A stretch of 64,000 nucleotides of DNA from Stegostoma tigrinum (taxonomy: Eukaryota): the NCBI RefSeq assembly GCF_030684315.1, contig NC_081377.1, forward strand, positions 25,172,001 to 25,236,000. The letters are read 5' to 3'. This document shows, one piece after another, positions 23,930 through 35,804 of this stretch. The position numbers and the translations under genes were made by a program. The notes under the pieces were generated by a model. That model made no database searches and was not told where the DNA came from. It saw only the letters and a program-made list of their open reading frames with translations. The stretch's first letter is position 1, and every line of letters begins with the position of its first letter.

Positions 23930-26155
23930 TTAAGGAGGCAGAGACAGGTTGGACTCGTTTTGGGATGCAGTGGGTGGGGGGGAAGAGCTGGGCTGGTTGT
24001 GTGGTGTAGTGGGGGGAGGGGACGAACTGGGCTGGTTTAGGGATGCAGTAGGGGAAGGGGAGATTTTGAAACTGGTGAAGTCCACATTGATACCATATGG
24101 CTGCAGGGTTCCCAGGCGGAATATGAGTTGCTGTTCCTGCAACCTTCGGGTGGCATCATTGTGGCACTGCAGGAGGCCCATGATGGACATGTCATCTAGA
24201 GAATGGGAGGGGGAGTGGAAATGGTTTGCGACTGGGAGGTGCAGTTGTTTGTTGCGAACTGAGCGGAGGTGTTCTGCAAAGCGGTCTCCAAGCCTCCGCT
24301 TGGTTTCCCCAATGTAGAGGAAGCCGCACCGGGTACAGTGGATGCAGTATACCACATTGGCAGATGTGCAGGTGAACCTCTGCTTAATGTGGAATGTCAT
24401 CTTGGGGCCTGGGATGGGGGTGAGGGAGGAGGTGTGGGGACAGGTGTAGCATTTCCTGCGGTTGCAGGGGAAGGTGCCGGGTGTGGTGGGGTTGGAGAGC
24501 AGTGTGGAGCGAACAAGGGAGTCACGGAGAGAGTGGTCTCTCCGGAAAGCTGACAGGGGAGGGGATGGAAAAATGTCTTGGGTGGTGGGGTCGGATTGTA
24601 AATGGCGGAAGTGTCGGAGGATAATGCGTTGTATCCGGAGGTTGGTAGGGTGGTGTGTGAGAACGAGGGGGATCCTCTTGGGGCGGTTGTGGCGGGGGTG
24701 GGGTGTGAGGGATGTGTTGCGGGAAATACGGGAGACGCGGTCAAGGGCGTTCTCGATCACTGTGGGGGGAAAGTTGCGGTCCTTAAAGAACTTGGACATC
24801 TGGGATGTGCGGGAGTGGAATGTCTTATCGTGGGAGCAGATGCGGCGGAGGCGGAGGAATTGGGAATAGGGGATGGAATTTTTGCAGGAGGGTGGGTGGG
24901 AGGAGGTGTATTCTAGGTAGCTGTGGGAGTCGGTGGGCTTGAAATGGACATCAGTTACATGCTGGTTGCCTGAGATGGAGACTGAGAGGTCCAGGAAGGT
25001 GAGGGATGTGCTGGAGATGGCCCAGGTGAACTGAAGGTTGGGGTGGAAGGTGTTGGTGAAGTGGATGAACTGTTCGAGCTCCTCTGGGGAGCAAGAGGCG
25101 GCACCGATACAGTCATCAATGTACCGGAGGAAGAGGTGGGGTTTGGGGCCTGTGTAGGTGCGGAAGAGGGACTGTTCCACGTAACCTACAAAGAGGCAGG
25201 CATAGCTGGGGCCCATGCGGGTGCCCATGGCCACCCCCTTAGTCTGTAGGAAGTGGGAGGAGTCAAAAGAGAAGTTGTTGAGTGTGAGGACGAGTTCAGC
25301 TAGGCGGATGAGAGTGTCGGTGGAGGGGGACTGGTCGGGCCTGCGGGACAGGAAGAAGCGGAGGGCCTTGAGGCCATCTCCATGCGGAATGCAGGTGTAC
25401 AGGGACTGGACGTCCATGGTGAATATGAGGTGTTGGGGGCCAGGGAATTGGAAGTCCTGGAGGAGGTGGAGGGCGTGGGTGGTGTCACGGACGTAGGTGG
25501 GGAGTTCCTGGACCAAAGGGGAGAAAATGGAGTCCAGATAGGTGGAGATGAGTTCGGTGGGGCAGGAGCAGGCTGAGACGATGGGTCGACCAGGGCAGGC
25601 AGGTTTGTGGATTTTGGGAAGGAGATAGAAACGGGCCGTGCGGGGTTGGGGAACAATGGGGTTGGAGGCTGTGGGTGGGAGGTCCCCTGTGGTGATGAGG
25701 TCGTGAATGGTGTTGGAGATGATGGTTTTGTGCTCGGGTGTGGGGTCATGATTGAGGAGGCGGTAGGAGGTGATGTCGGAGAGTTGGCGTCTGGCCTCGG
25801 CGATGTAGAGGTCAGTGCGCCATACTACCACTGCGCCACCCTTGTCTGCGGGTTTGATGGTGAGGTTGGGGTTGGAGCGGAGGGCTGCCCGTTCTGCGGG
25901 GGAGAGGTTGGAGTGGGTGAGAGGGGTGGAGAGGTTGAGGCGGTTAATGTCTCGACGGCAGTTGGAGATGAAGAGGTCGAGGGAGGGTAGGAGGCCTGGG
26001 GGTGGTGTCCAGGAGGAGGACTTGTGTTGGAAGCGGGTGAAGGGGTCAGTGGAAGGAGGGTTGGGTTCCCGGTTGAAGAAGTAGGCATGGAGGCGAAGAC
26101 GGCGGAAAAACTGCTCTATATCCAACCGTGACTGGTATTCGTTGATGTGTGGTTG
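23930..26155 (-). CDS. Penelope RT + GIY-YIG endonuclease ORF, 5'-truncated, stop-free
   Basis: IKPADKGG, PGRPIVS, TMDVQSLYT, GVAMGTRMGP, LRYIDD (RT); CNRRKCYTC linker; NVVYCIHC..CGFLYIGETKRRLGDRFAEH (GIY-YIG). The first ~70 aa of the 812-aa track ORF are antisense read-through of the inverted arm. Confidence 0.93.
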   Translation of the reverse strand, partial: QPHINEYQSRLDIEQFFRRLRLHAYFFNREPNPPSTDPFTRFQHKSSSWTPPPGLLPSLDLFISNCRRDINRLNLSTPLTHSNLSPAERAALRSNPNLTIKPADKGGAVVVWRTDLYIAEARRQLSDITSYRLLNHDPTPEHKTIISNTIHDLITTGDLPPTASNPIVPQPRTARFYLLPKIHKPACPGRPIVSACSCPTELISTYLDSIFSPLVQELPTYVRDTTHALHLLQDFQFPGPQHLIFTMDVQSLYTCIPHGDGLKALRFFLSRRPDQSPSTDTLIRLAELVLTLNNFSFDSSHFLQTKGVAMGTRMGPSYACLFVGYVEQSLFRTYTGPKPHLFLRYIDDCIGAASCSPEELEQFIHFTNTFHPNLQFTWAISSTSLTFLDLSVSISGNQHVTDVHFKPTDSHSYLEYTSSHPPSCKNSIPYSQFLRLRRICSHDKTFHSRTSQMSKFFKDRNFPPTVIENALDRVSRISRNTSLTPHPRHNRPKRIPLVLTHHPTNLRIQRIILRHFRHLQSDPTTQDIFPSPPLSAFRRDHSLRDSLVRSTLLSNPTTPGTFPCNRRKCYTCPHTSSLTPIPGPKMTFHIKQRFTCTSANVVYCIHCTRCGFLYIGETKRRLGDRFAEHLRSVRNKQLHLPVANHFHSPSHSLDDMSIMGLLQCHNDATRRLQEQQLIFRLGTLQPYGINVDFTSFKISPSPTASLNQPSSSPPPTTPHNQPSSSPPPTASQNESNLSLPP

Positions 26156-27040
26156 TCCCGCACATCCCAGATGTCCAAGTTCTTTAAGGACCGCAACTTT
26201 CCCCCCACAGTGATCGAGAACGCCCTTGACCGCGTCTCCCGTATTTCCCGCAACACATCCCTCACACCCCACCCCCGCCACAACCGCCCCAAGAGGATCC
26301 CCCTCGTTCTCACACACCACCCTACCAACCTCCGGATACAACGCATTATCCTCCGACACTTCCGCCATTTACAATCCGACCCCACCACCCAAGACATTTT
26401 TCCATCCCCTCCCCTGTCAGCTTTCCGGAGAGACCACTCTCTCCGTGACTCCCTTGTTCGCTCCACACTGCCCTCCAACCCCACCACACCCGGCAACTTC
26501 CCCTGCAACCGCAGGAAATGCTACACCTGTCCCCACACCTCCTCCCTCACCCCCATCCCAGGCCCCAAGATGACATTCCACATTAAGCAGAGGTTCACCT
26601 GCACATCTGCCAATGTGGTATACTGCATCCACTGTACCCGGTGCGGCTTCCTCTACATTGGGGAAACCAAGCGGAGGCTTGGGGACCGCTTTGCAGAACA
26701 CCTCCGCTCAGTTCGCAACAAACAACTGCACCTCCCAGTCGCAAACCATTTCCACTCCCCCTCCCATTCTCTAGATGACATGTCCATCATGGGCCTCCTG
26801 CAGTGCCACAATGATGCCACCCGAAGGTTGCAGGAACAGCAACTCATATTCCGCCTGGGAACCCTGCAGCCATATGGTATCAATGTGGACTTCACCAGTT
26901 TCAAAATCTCCCCTTCCCCTACTGCATCCCTAAACCAGCCCAGTTCGTCCCCTCCCCCCACTACACCACACAACCAGCCCAGCTCTTCCCCCCCACCCAC
27001 TGCATCCCAAAACGAGTCCAACCTGTCTCTGCCTCCTTAA
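26156..27040 (+). pseudogene. Inverted partial copy of the Penelope ORF (thumb/linker + GIY-YIG)
   Basis: The 297-aa track ORF matches the C-terminus of the minus-strand ORF except LLS/LPS and GTF/GNF. Confidence 0.85.
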
Positions 27041-27259
27041 CCGGTTCTTCCTCTCACCCATCCCTTCCTCCCACCCCAAGCCGCACCCCCAGCTACCTAC
27101 TAACCTCATCCCACCTCCTTGACCTGTCTGTCTTCCCTGGACCGACCTATCCCCTCCCTACCTCCCCACCTACACTCTCTCCACCTATCTTCTTTACTCT
27201 CCATCTTCGGTCCGCCTCCCCCTCTCTCCCTATTTATTCCAATTCCCTCTCCCCATCTC

Positions 27260-27297
27260 CCTCTCTGATGAAGGGTCTAGGCCCGAAACGTCAGCTT
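27260..27297 (+). ncRNA. Minimal hammerhead ribozyme motif in the Penelope terminal repeat
   Basis: CTGATGA (27265-27271), stem II aGGG-tctagg-CCC, then GAAAC-GTC (27285-27292). The palindromic ACGT stem III is typical of dimer-forming PLE hammerheads. Confidence 0.75.
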
Positions 27298-27983
27298 TTA
27301 TGCTCCTGAGATGCTGCTTGGCCTGCTGTGTTCATCCAGCCTCACATTTTATTATCTTACATGTAAAATATAGTCGTGTATTTGTAAGAGATGTCCTTAG
27401 GATTTTTGGATAGAGTCAAACTCAAAATATTTTTGTTTCCTTGATATGCTACTGCACAACACCAAACTGCATTTGTGACGATGTCTGAATGCAAAGGTTT
27501 TGTTTTTATGTAAAAAATGTATTTATGAAATAATTTTTGAACATTATGTCCCATATCATTAAGAACAGGGAATGCTGGGGGCAACCTGCAGATGTGTGCA
27601 GAGAGACCAAGGAAAAAATGCAACATTTAACGTTTCGAGTGTAATATGTGACGTCTTCAGAATGAGCATCCGAGCTATTTTAGTGCCTCCCGTGAGTATT
27701 TTTCAGTGGAGCCGCTCAGGATGGATTGGACTGGCAGAGATGTCCCTGTCCCCTTCCTCATCGCTGACACCTCCCAAAGCCCATTACCCGGGATCAGTCC
27801 TCCAGGAGCTGCAGTACCACTGTCAGAGAGAGAGGGGTCGCTGACGGCCGGCTTGTACCACCACCACACCCCCCGATCCCGTCCACTCCCTTCCTCCCAC
27901 CCCGGGGGCTCGGTTTCTGCCGCTGTTGGTTCGAGCCTCCAGGGGATCCTTTGTACTAGTCGCTTGTGGCCACACAGTCTCTA

Positions 27984-28139
27984 ATGCAATACGTTCCCAC
28001 CCACAATATTCAGCCCCACTCGAACCAACTCATACACCCGCACTTCGGCTATGTGATCCTGGTGTTTATCTACAGCTGGATCATGTTGGCTTACCTGGGA
28101 ATGAAAGTGGGCCTTGCCAGGAAGAAATACAATGTCAAG
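27984..28139 (+). CDS. MGST3: Microsomal glutathione S-transferase 3 (mgst3b-like), coding exon 1
   Basis: ...HFGYVILVFIYSWIMLAYLGMKVGLARKKYNVK then gtaaag donor, phase 0, in a CpG-rich patch. Start codon uncertain (ATG 27984 assumed). Confidence 0.88.
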
Positions 28140-29244
28140 GTAAAGGAGGAAGACACTGCACCATCAGCACAGGCCTCACTCGCCAGCTTTACTGTCATCA
28201 CACCCTGATCGTTATAGTGGGGCTCCAACCAGGATAAAGTGTCCACTTTCCTGCCCATTATCCCCTGGTTACGGCCTGTCACTTTGTTTTTAATTCCACT
28301 CTGCTGAATCCTATGTTTTTTTAATGTATTATTTCACCCATGATTATTTCTGGAGATTTGTAATTTTAAAAAAAGCCGAGGATTTTCTAACAGCCTCTGG
28401 TTTGAAAGGTGATTGTTTGGTTTCCGGTCCATATCCTCTGACTGAAACTTCTAATGATAGAACTCAAGAATCGATCCAATCATAGTGTGATTATATATGA
28501 CGAGGCAATGTTATGTACAGCTCTCGGTAGGACTCCGCTCAGTCTCGTTTCTTTGCTGTATTCCCACATTTATTTCCTAAAAATGCTCATCTAAATTTCA
28601 TTTGAAATGATTGATCATCCCAAACTTCATGCAGCAGGTTCTAGGTCATTATCACACTGAATAAGATGATTCTTCCTTATGTCCCCCTTACATCTCTTGT
28701 CAAAACCACAAATTTGCCCCTTAGTTCTTGGATCACCTGCTATGGGAAAAAGCTTTTCCTTGTTTGCTTCTTCTAGAATTGTCATAATCCTGTACACCTC
28801 AGATGTCTCTACCAGTAGTTGCAGCCTTAGAAAATCTTAACAGAAAAAATTGCAAACCTATTTTCTTCAAAGTATGCGGCTGATAATTTCAGAATAATTC
28901 AGGAAAAAAAACTTATGTTTCATTGGAACATAACTACTGTTCAGGTGAAAGGTCTGTGGGATTGGATTAAAATACAGCTGACTAGCTATAATTAACAACA
29001 ACAAATTGGGTGAACAGAAAACTTTTAAGTGAAAATAAAATCATTTCCTGTTTGTCACAAATATTGCAATGTGGAAGCAGCCCTTTATCAGCCTCTTGTG
29101 CCTGGTTGATGGTGGAAAAGCTTTGGGAAGTAAGCAAGTATGTTGCTTGTCATGAAAATATAGCTTTATATCTGTTCTTGTGGACACAATATTTAAATGT
29201 CTTGGTGATGTGGGATTCCACTATAATATCAAAAAAAGTAGTTA

Positions 29245-30105
29245 TCGAATCACAGCTTGGAAACAGACCCTTCAGTCCAATTAGTCCATCGTGACCATAT
29301 TCCCAAATTAAACAAGGCCCATTTGCCTGCACTTGGCCCATATCCCTGCAAACCTTTCCCACTCATGTACTTAACCAAATGCCTGTTAAATGTTGTAACG
29401 GTACCCACAGCCACCACTTTCTCTGGCACTTCATTCCACATAGAAACCATTCTGTGTAAAAAGGTTGCCCCTCATGTCCTTTTGAAATCTCCTCTCAACC
29501 TTAAAAATATGCCCCGTAGTTTTGAACTACCCAACCCTAGGGAAAAGACCCTTGTCATTTGCCTTATCTATGCCCCTTATGATTTCATAAACCTCAATGA
29601 AGTCACTCCTCAACCTTCCCAGTGAAAACAGTCCCAGTCTTTTAGTATATTTTTATATCTCAAACCCTCCATTCCTGGCAACATCCTGGTAAATATTTTC
29701 TGAAACATCTCCAGTCTAATAAATATTCTTCCTATAACATGGTGGCCAGAACTGCACACAGCACTCCAGAATACACCTCACCAGTGTCCTGTACAACCTC
29801 AATATGATGTCCCAATTTCTATACTCAAAGGTCTGAGCAATGAAGGCATAAGTGCTGAACACCTTCTTGATCACTCTGTCTATTTGTGACACAAATTTCA
29901 AAGAATTATGTACCTGAACCCCTAGGTTTCTCTGTTCTACAACACTATCCAGGGCCCTACAATTAACTGTACAAGTCCTGTCCTCGTTTGCATTTACCAA
30001 AATGTAATACCTCACATATATCCAAATTAAGCTTCATCTGCCACACCTCAGCCCATTGACCCAAATGATCAAGATCTCTTTGTAACCTTAGATAGTTAAA
30101 CTCTT
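29245..30105 (-). mobile_element. CR1 LINE 3' fragment, decayed
   Basis: ORFs 29716-30157 carry RLQRDLD, LYRTLVR..LECCVQFW; CR1 3' UTR towards 29245. Confidence 0.8.
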
Positions 30106-31388
30106 TCTTGATGGAGATGGTCATTACCTGCCACCATAATTCCCCACCAAGGCACACACCACCTTAACTTGGGACCACGTTGCTTTTTCTTCATTTTCAT
30201 CGAGTCAAAAGCTTGGAACCCTTCCTAACAACATTGAGGATGTACATCACTTGAATTGCAGAGGTTCAAGAAGACAGTTCACTGCCATTTTCCCAAGGGC
30301 AATAATGTATGGAAAATTACATCCTAGGAAGCAATATAAAATAAAAGTGTCTCTTGTTAGTTAACAGCCCAAAACTTCAATGTCTTGCAGCAGGAGGACA
30401 CAGCTACTCCATTATCTGAGGAGTTGAAAATAGAATTGAACACTACAATAATTAGTGAACTTCTTCATTTTTAACATTATAGTGGACAGAAAGGTCATTG
30501 ATGAAGCAGCTGAGGACAGTTGAGTTTAGAATACTGTCACGTGGAACCCTGCAGTAATATCCTGAGGCTGAGTTGATTAGACCCCAAAGTTGTTTTAGGT
30601 ATGATTTCAACCAGTGAAGAATTTTTCACATGATTCTTATTGACTCCTGATGTCACACTACATCATATTGTTGTGCCAAGTGAAATCACTCTCATCTCAG
30701 CTCCGCAATTCAGTTCTTTTGTCCATGGTCGGACCTAGGCTGTGGAGAGGACTTAGAACAAATGGTCCCAACATAGGTGAGCAGATTAAATTGATGAGAG
30801 TGTTGCTTTAAGCACTGTCAATGACACCTCCCTTCACTTTCTGATGTTTGAAACTAGGCTGATGAGTTGGTAAATAGATTTTTCCCGCTTTCTGTGGACA
30901 GAACGTACTTGGGAAATTTTTCACTTTGTCAGGTAGATGTTTCTGTTGTAGCTGTGTTGAAATGGTTTTGCTAGAAACACATCTAGTTATGCAGCTGGTA
31001 TGTTGGATGGACCATAGCCTTTGCAGTAGCTAAAGCATTCAGCCATTTCTTGATATCATGTGGAATCAACCAAACCGTTTTAAGATTGGCTTCTATGGTT
31101 CTAGGAACCTTAGGAAGAGGCTGAAATGGATTATACATTTAGCATTTCTGGCTGAAGATGGTTCCAATTGCCTCAACCTTATATTTTGCATTCATATTTT
31201 GGTCTCTGCCAGCTTTGAGAATGGGGAAAACTCACGAAGACCCCTTCTCCTGTCAATTGTTTGAGTGCTCGCTACCATTCATGACTGCAAGTGCATGCAG
31301 AGATTTGTTCCAATCCATGGTTGTGGGATGGCTTGAGTCTGTCAGTTGTATGCAACTTCTGCTGATTAGCTGGCATGTAATTCTGCAT

Positions 31389-31592
31389 AGAACTTGCAAG
31401 AATTGCAGATGCTGGAGTCAGAATCAACACAGTGTGGAGATGGACGAATGCAGCAGGTCAGGCAGCATCAGGCAGCAGGAAAGTCGACGTTTCATGTTGG
31501 GAATCTTCACCAGAACAGAGTTCCAGCCTGAAACATCGACTTTCCAGTTCCTCTGATGCTGCCTGATCTGCTGTGCTCCTCCAGCTCCACAC
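31389..31592. mobile_element. Older Penelope-derived palindrome with 15-bp TSD
   Basis: TSD CATGTAATTCTGCAT at 31374-31388 and 31593-31607; tail GAATTGCAGATGCTGGAG plus imperfect inverted arms; inserted in an older LINE remnant (~30360-31760). Confidence 0.8.
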
Positions 31593-31917
31593 CATGTAAT
31601 TCTGCATTGTAGCTCCAACAACTTGTCATCTCATCTGTGGATATATCTCTGCTGCATGGATTGCAGCAATTCAAGAAGAAAGCTAACCACCACCTTCTCA
31701 AGGGCAAAAAGTGACAGGGAATAGGTCTGACCAGTGATCCCCACATTCTGCAAAAGAATAAAATAAATTACAGTTCAAAAGAGTGAATTCCCTTTGTATC
31801 CCAATTGTTTATAGTTGTTTACAAAGAATCATATTCACAGTGCGTTAAACTTTGATCCAGAAGCAGTGCTGGAAGGAAAATTTGTAATCTTATAAAAACA
31901 TGCCCAAGATATCTGTA

Positions 31918-32275
31918 GAGAGATAATGGGAACTGCAGATGCTGGAGATTCCAAGATAATAAAATGTGAGGCTGGATGAACACAGCAGGCCAAGCAGCAT
32001 CTCAGGAGCACAAAAGCTGACGTTTCGGGCCTAGACCCTTCATCAGAGAGGGGGATGGGGGGAGGGAACTGGAATAAATAGGGAGAGAGGGGGAGGCGGA
32101 CCGAAGATGGAGAGTGACTCTCCATCTTCGGTCCGCCTCCCCCTCTCTCCCTATTTATTCCAGTTCCCTCCCCCCATCCCCCTCTCTGATGAAGGGTCTA
32201 GGCCCGAAACGTCAGCTTTTGTGCTCCTGAGATGCTGCTTGGCCTGCTGTGTTCATCCAGCCTCACATTTTATTA
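31918..32275. mobile_element. Perfect Penelope-derived palindrome (159-bp arms, 1-nt loop, 39-nt tail) with 15-bp TSD
   Basis: TSD CCCAAGATATCTGTA at 31903-31917 and 32276-32290. Arms 31957-32115 and 32117-32275, centred on G32116. Intact hammerhead cores at 32186-32213 (+) and 32019-32046 (-). Confidence 0.95.
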
Positions 32276-33247
32276 CCCAAGATATCTGTAATTCTTTTTA
32301 ACAATATTTGAAAGGGACTTTTAAGAGTTTGCATCAACTGTAAAGGGATCAGTTGTAATTTTCATGAACAACAAGGAATACTGACCCATATGACCCAGTG
32401 ACCCTTAACTTGGAAACAGTCCCAACAAAAAGCAAGTTAAGAAAGAACCCTTGCAGCTGGCAGACAGCTGCAGCCACAAAGGGGAGCTAAAAGCAGAGAA
32501 GCTGTGGATGGGTGAAGTTGAAGGCTCAAATGCAAACACAAAGAATAAACAGAGACGGAAAGAGGAGCAGAGAATTCTTGTGTGGGGAAGAGCAAATCAC
32601 TCTCAGGAAGTGATCAGTTTCTTTGTTGGCATAAAAGAAAGGGAAGATATACTGTCTGAGTAGTTAAAATCTGAGAAGTGATGTGAATAGCTTAGAGACC
32701 AGTAAAGAGTTGGCTGATTTTCAAAAGTTGTAATATCAGGAACTGAGATGTTGTTTTTACTTTATTTTATTATTTAAAATGAAATCTACCATGTTAGTTG
32801 AAGTTTCACATGCTCATTAATTCAATTTTAATTTACATTATTTAGGATTCATATTCAAAGAAAACATTGCAAAGAGTGAACTTTTGCAGGAAATTTCTTC
32901 ATTTTGGGGATGTTCAATTACTTTTGGTTACTTTGATTTATAGTTCCTCCATGTGGATTGCAACAAGAAGAATTGTTAATTTTAGGGTTGAGGGAAAGAA
33001 TTTTAATTGGAAGACATTTTTTGAATTCTTAATTTCATCATTAAAATGTAAATGAACTGTGCAATATAATTTGAAGCATTTCTGGAAAACTCTGAACTGT
33101 TTAGGTGGATTATTATTTACTTGGATTAATTTCCTATTGACTGTCTTTAGCAACGCGCACTTAAAGCTGAAACATGTATAAGAGTTCTGAAATTCAGTCA
33201 TGCACTCATTCATTAGCTTGGTAATAATGCATAATAACTCCTTCCAG

Positions 33248-33370
33248 TATCCAGACATGTACAGTGATAAGGATCCATTATTCAACTGCATCCAACGAGC
33301 ACATCAAAGTACGGTGGAAATATATCCTCAATGGTTGATCTTCCAACTGATAGCTGGAGTTGTTTATCCG
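33248..33370 (+). CDS. MGST3: MGST3 coding exon 2 ([29 protein letters not shown]...)
   Basis: ctccttccag acceptor, CCG|gtaagg donor, 123 nt; MAPEG motif [13 protein letters not shown]. Confidence 0.95.
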
Positions 33371-34125
33371 GTAAGGGTAAGAAAATGATAACTCAAAGAA
33401 ATATTATTTTTCATGCTACCTTTTAGCCAATAAGGCAACTCATCCCATATTACTGATAGTTTGATAGCTCTTTTAACTTGTATCCGTAGAGCTAAGATTC
33501 ATGAGTTACTATGTATTATGCAGGTGTTTCCACAAACGTTTTTCTTTAAATACGTAATTTATTCTTATTTCTGTATGCAGTTCTGCCAAAAAAAATCATC
33601 CTTTAATGAACTGATTCACCTAACTTCAGCACACTAAAAATGCATTCCTCATGTTCCTAACGTTCATTGTCTCTCAAACTAGCATGACTCAGTTTCACTA
33701 TGGGAAATGTTACTACAGTGGTGACTCTTCTTCCCCTCCTTGGAAACAACTAAAATTAATACTCTCTGTTCCCCCAGACCATGGGCAAATCAGAATGTGT
33801 GCTGTCTGATTTTAAAAAATACTATGTTACTATATTTGAACATTATTATAAACTTAGGATAAAGAAGTTTCTCCTGCGTTCTACAATTTGTATGACATTG
33901 GAATACACCTTGAAAATCATCTCAATGTACTATATATGCTTTGAAGTGCAGTGACATTTGGAAAAACCAGAAGAGACATATTAATTTTAGACAAGCCTTG
34001 TTTGGGAAGTATTTTCAACTGGTTTTTGTATTTCATTAAGATATACCTCATCGCACTTTCTTAATATTAATTCATATTGCATGCAATGAATAATGACATA
34101 ATCTAGTTTATTTAATATTTCACAG

Positions 34126-34198
34126 ATCAGTGCTTCTTTGCTTGGCATCATCTGGGTAACTAGTCGATTTACATATGCATGGGGATATTACTCAGGAG
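34126..34198 (+). CDS. MGST3: MGST3 coding exon 3 (ISASLLGIIWVTSRFTYAWGYYSG)
   Basis: tttcacag acceptor, GAG|gtgcgt donor, 73 nt, phase 0/1; RxxYAxGYY motif. Confidence 0.93.
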
Positions 34199-35804
34199 GT
34201 GCGTATTATTCAAATTCCCTTCTTGTTCTTTGTTTATACTGAAAAAACTAAATGCATATCAACATCCGTTATATGTATCATAGGATTAATGGGAGAAAAG
34301 GGCCATGTGTATTGTACAATGATCCAGCACAGAAGGAGCCCATTTGGTCGATTATGCTTGTGCCAACTCATTGTTGAGCTATTGAGTTAACCCCTCTCAC
34401 TTTCTCCTTAATCCCAACCCTGTCATATCTTTCTTTAATCAATTATCTTTTGAATTCTACTATTGAATCTGCTGCTACTACCCTTTCTGGCAGTACATTT
34501 CAGATCATAATAACTGAGTGTCCCTCATACAAATAACATTTCTTCCATTGGCAATAAGTAATTTTATGGTTTAATGTCAGTGCATCTGCCATTTCCACTA
34601 CAAAAATTAAGTCAACAGTTTATAGGAAGAGTCACTCAACCTTAAAACATTAACTCTGACTTCTCTCCACAGATGTTGCCAGACCTGCTGAGTTTTTCCA
34701 ACAATTTCTATTTTTGTTTTAAATGAACAGCAAGTTGATCTTATTTCAGTAAAACATGTAAACAGTTTATGTTTCTTCTGAAGGGTAACATTTCCAATGT
34801 AGTAATAAAGTTCTAAACATCTGACCCTGTTTCCTGATATGGAGGCAGACAATACCAAATTAGACAAACTAGAATGTAAGTTAACAAAAAAAGTTCAACA
34901 ACAGAAGAGCCAGAAGCGTCTTTGTCAATCAAAACACATGGCATCCTTTTAGCTTATGTAGAATTTTCTTGATTAAATACTTCAGTTACATACTGAAGGA
35001 AATATACTAACCAGGATGACCTGTAGTTTTATGGTTTGCCCTGGGTCCCATGTTTATGCTTTCTGGGATTTCATTTGTCCTGGAAAATGTCTGGCCGATT
35101 TCCTTTTGCTTTTGCCCAAATATTTTTGTGTCTGTACAAGTGGATATGCTGTACTGCCCACTCAGTCACCAGGAGGACTGACTGGCTGGTACTGTACTTT
35201 TGAATCCAAAGGAAGGTTAAATTGTTGCCAGACCTGTAGGGTTCTATGGTTGGATGGCAACAGGGCCCAGAAGGTCTGTGTCTCATGCAGGGGCCCAGGA
35301 GCAGTGCTGGGGATGTTGGGGTGGGGTGGGTGGGGTGGGGGCATGGTGTAAGGCAGAGGGCCTGCTGACTTAGTAATGGTGCAGCAGATTGGTGAGTAAA
35401 CTTTTGAGATGGGGCATAGGGTATGGGAAATGGGGTTGCTGAATGGGTTGAAAGGGAGATTCAGAAGAGAATCTGTTGAATGAATCTAGGGAGGGGCATT
35501 GGAAAGAGGATCTGAGTGGAGGTGGTTGGACAGAAGGGTGTACATGTGATGGGAGCAGTGTGGAGAGGCGACATGTAGAGTATCAGTGGGGTTAAAAGGC
35601 AAATTATAAGGGAAGTATCAATACATGGAACTGTGTGAGGAGCATAGTTTTGTAGCTGGGCAGTTCATTCATTAAGTTGATGATTATCAAGCTCCTCCAC
35701 CTCCAGATCTCTGGCCTCACACACAAATCTCCTGACCGAGGTCTTTGAAATCACCAACACCTGGACAACCCAGAATCTATGGCTTTCATAGAATCCTTAC
35801 AGTA

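Larger units (their letters stand above)
23575..27357. mobile_element. Penelope-like retroelement (Neptune-type), fold-back insertion with ~1.2-kb inverted arms and 15-bp TSD
   Basis: TSD TACATGTAAAATATA at 23560-23574 and 27358-27372. Left arm ~23613-24814 is the reverse complement of 26156-27357. 38-nt unpaired tail at 23575-23612. Confidence 0.95.

Noticed and set aside
26156-26368. First ~70 aa of the 812-aa Penelope ORF as a true N-terminus
   Set aside because: Antisense translation of the inverted arm (the same peptide appears at 24602-24916); fortuitous in-frame fusion.
23801-27021. Numerous overlapping ORFs within the Penelope element
   Set aside because: Alternative-frame and antisense ORFs caused by strong C/G strand skew; duplicated only because of the inverted arm.
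32339-32867. Possible solo LTR (TGTAAAGG...AAAACA) in MGST3 intron 1
   Set aside because: Only terminal dinucleotides and composition support it; no TSD or second copy seen.
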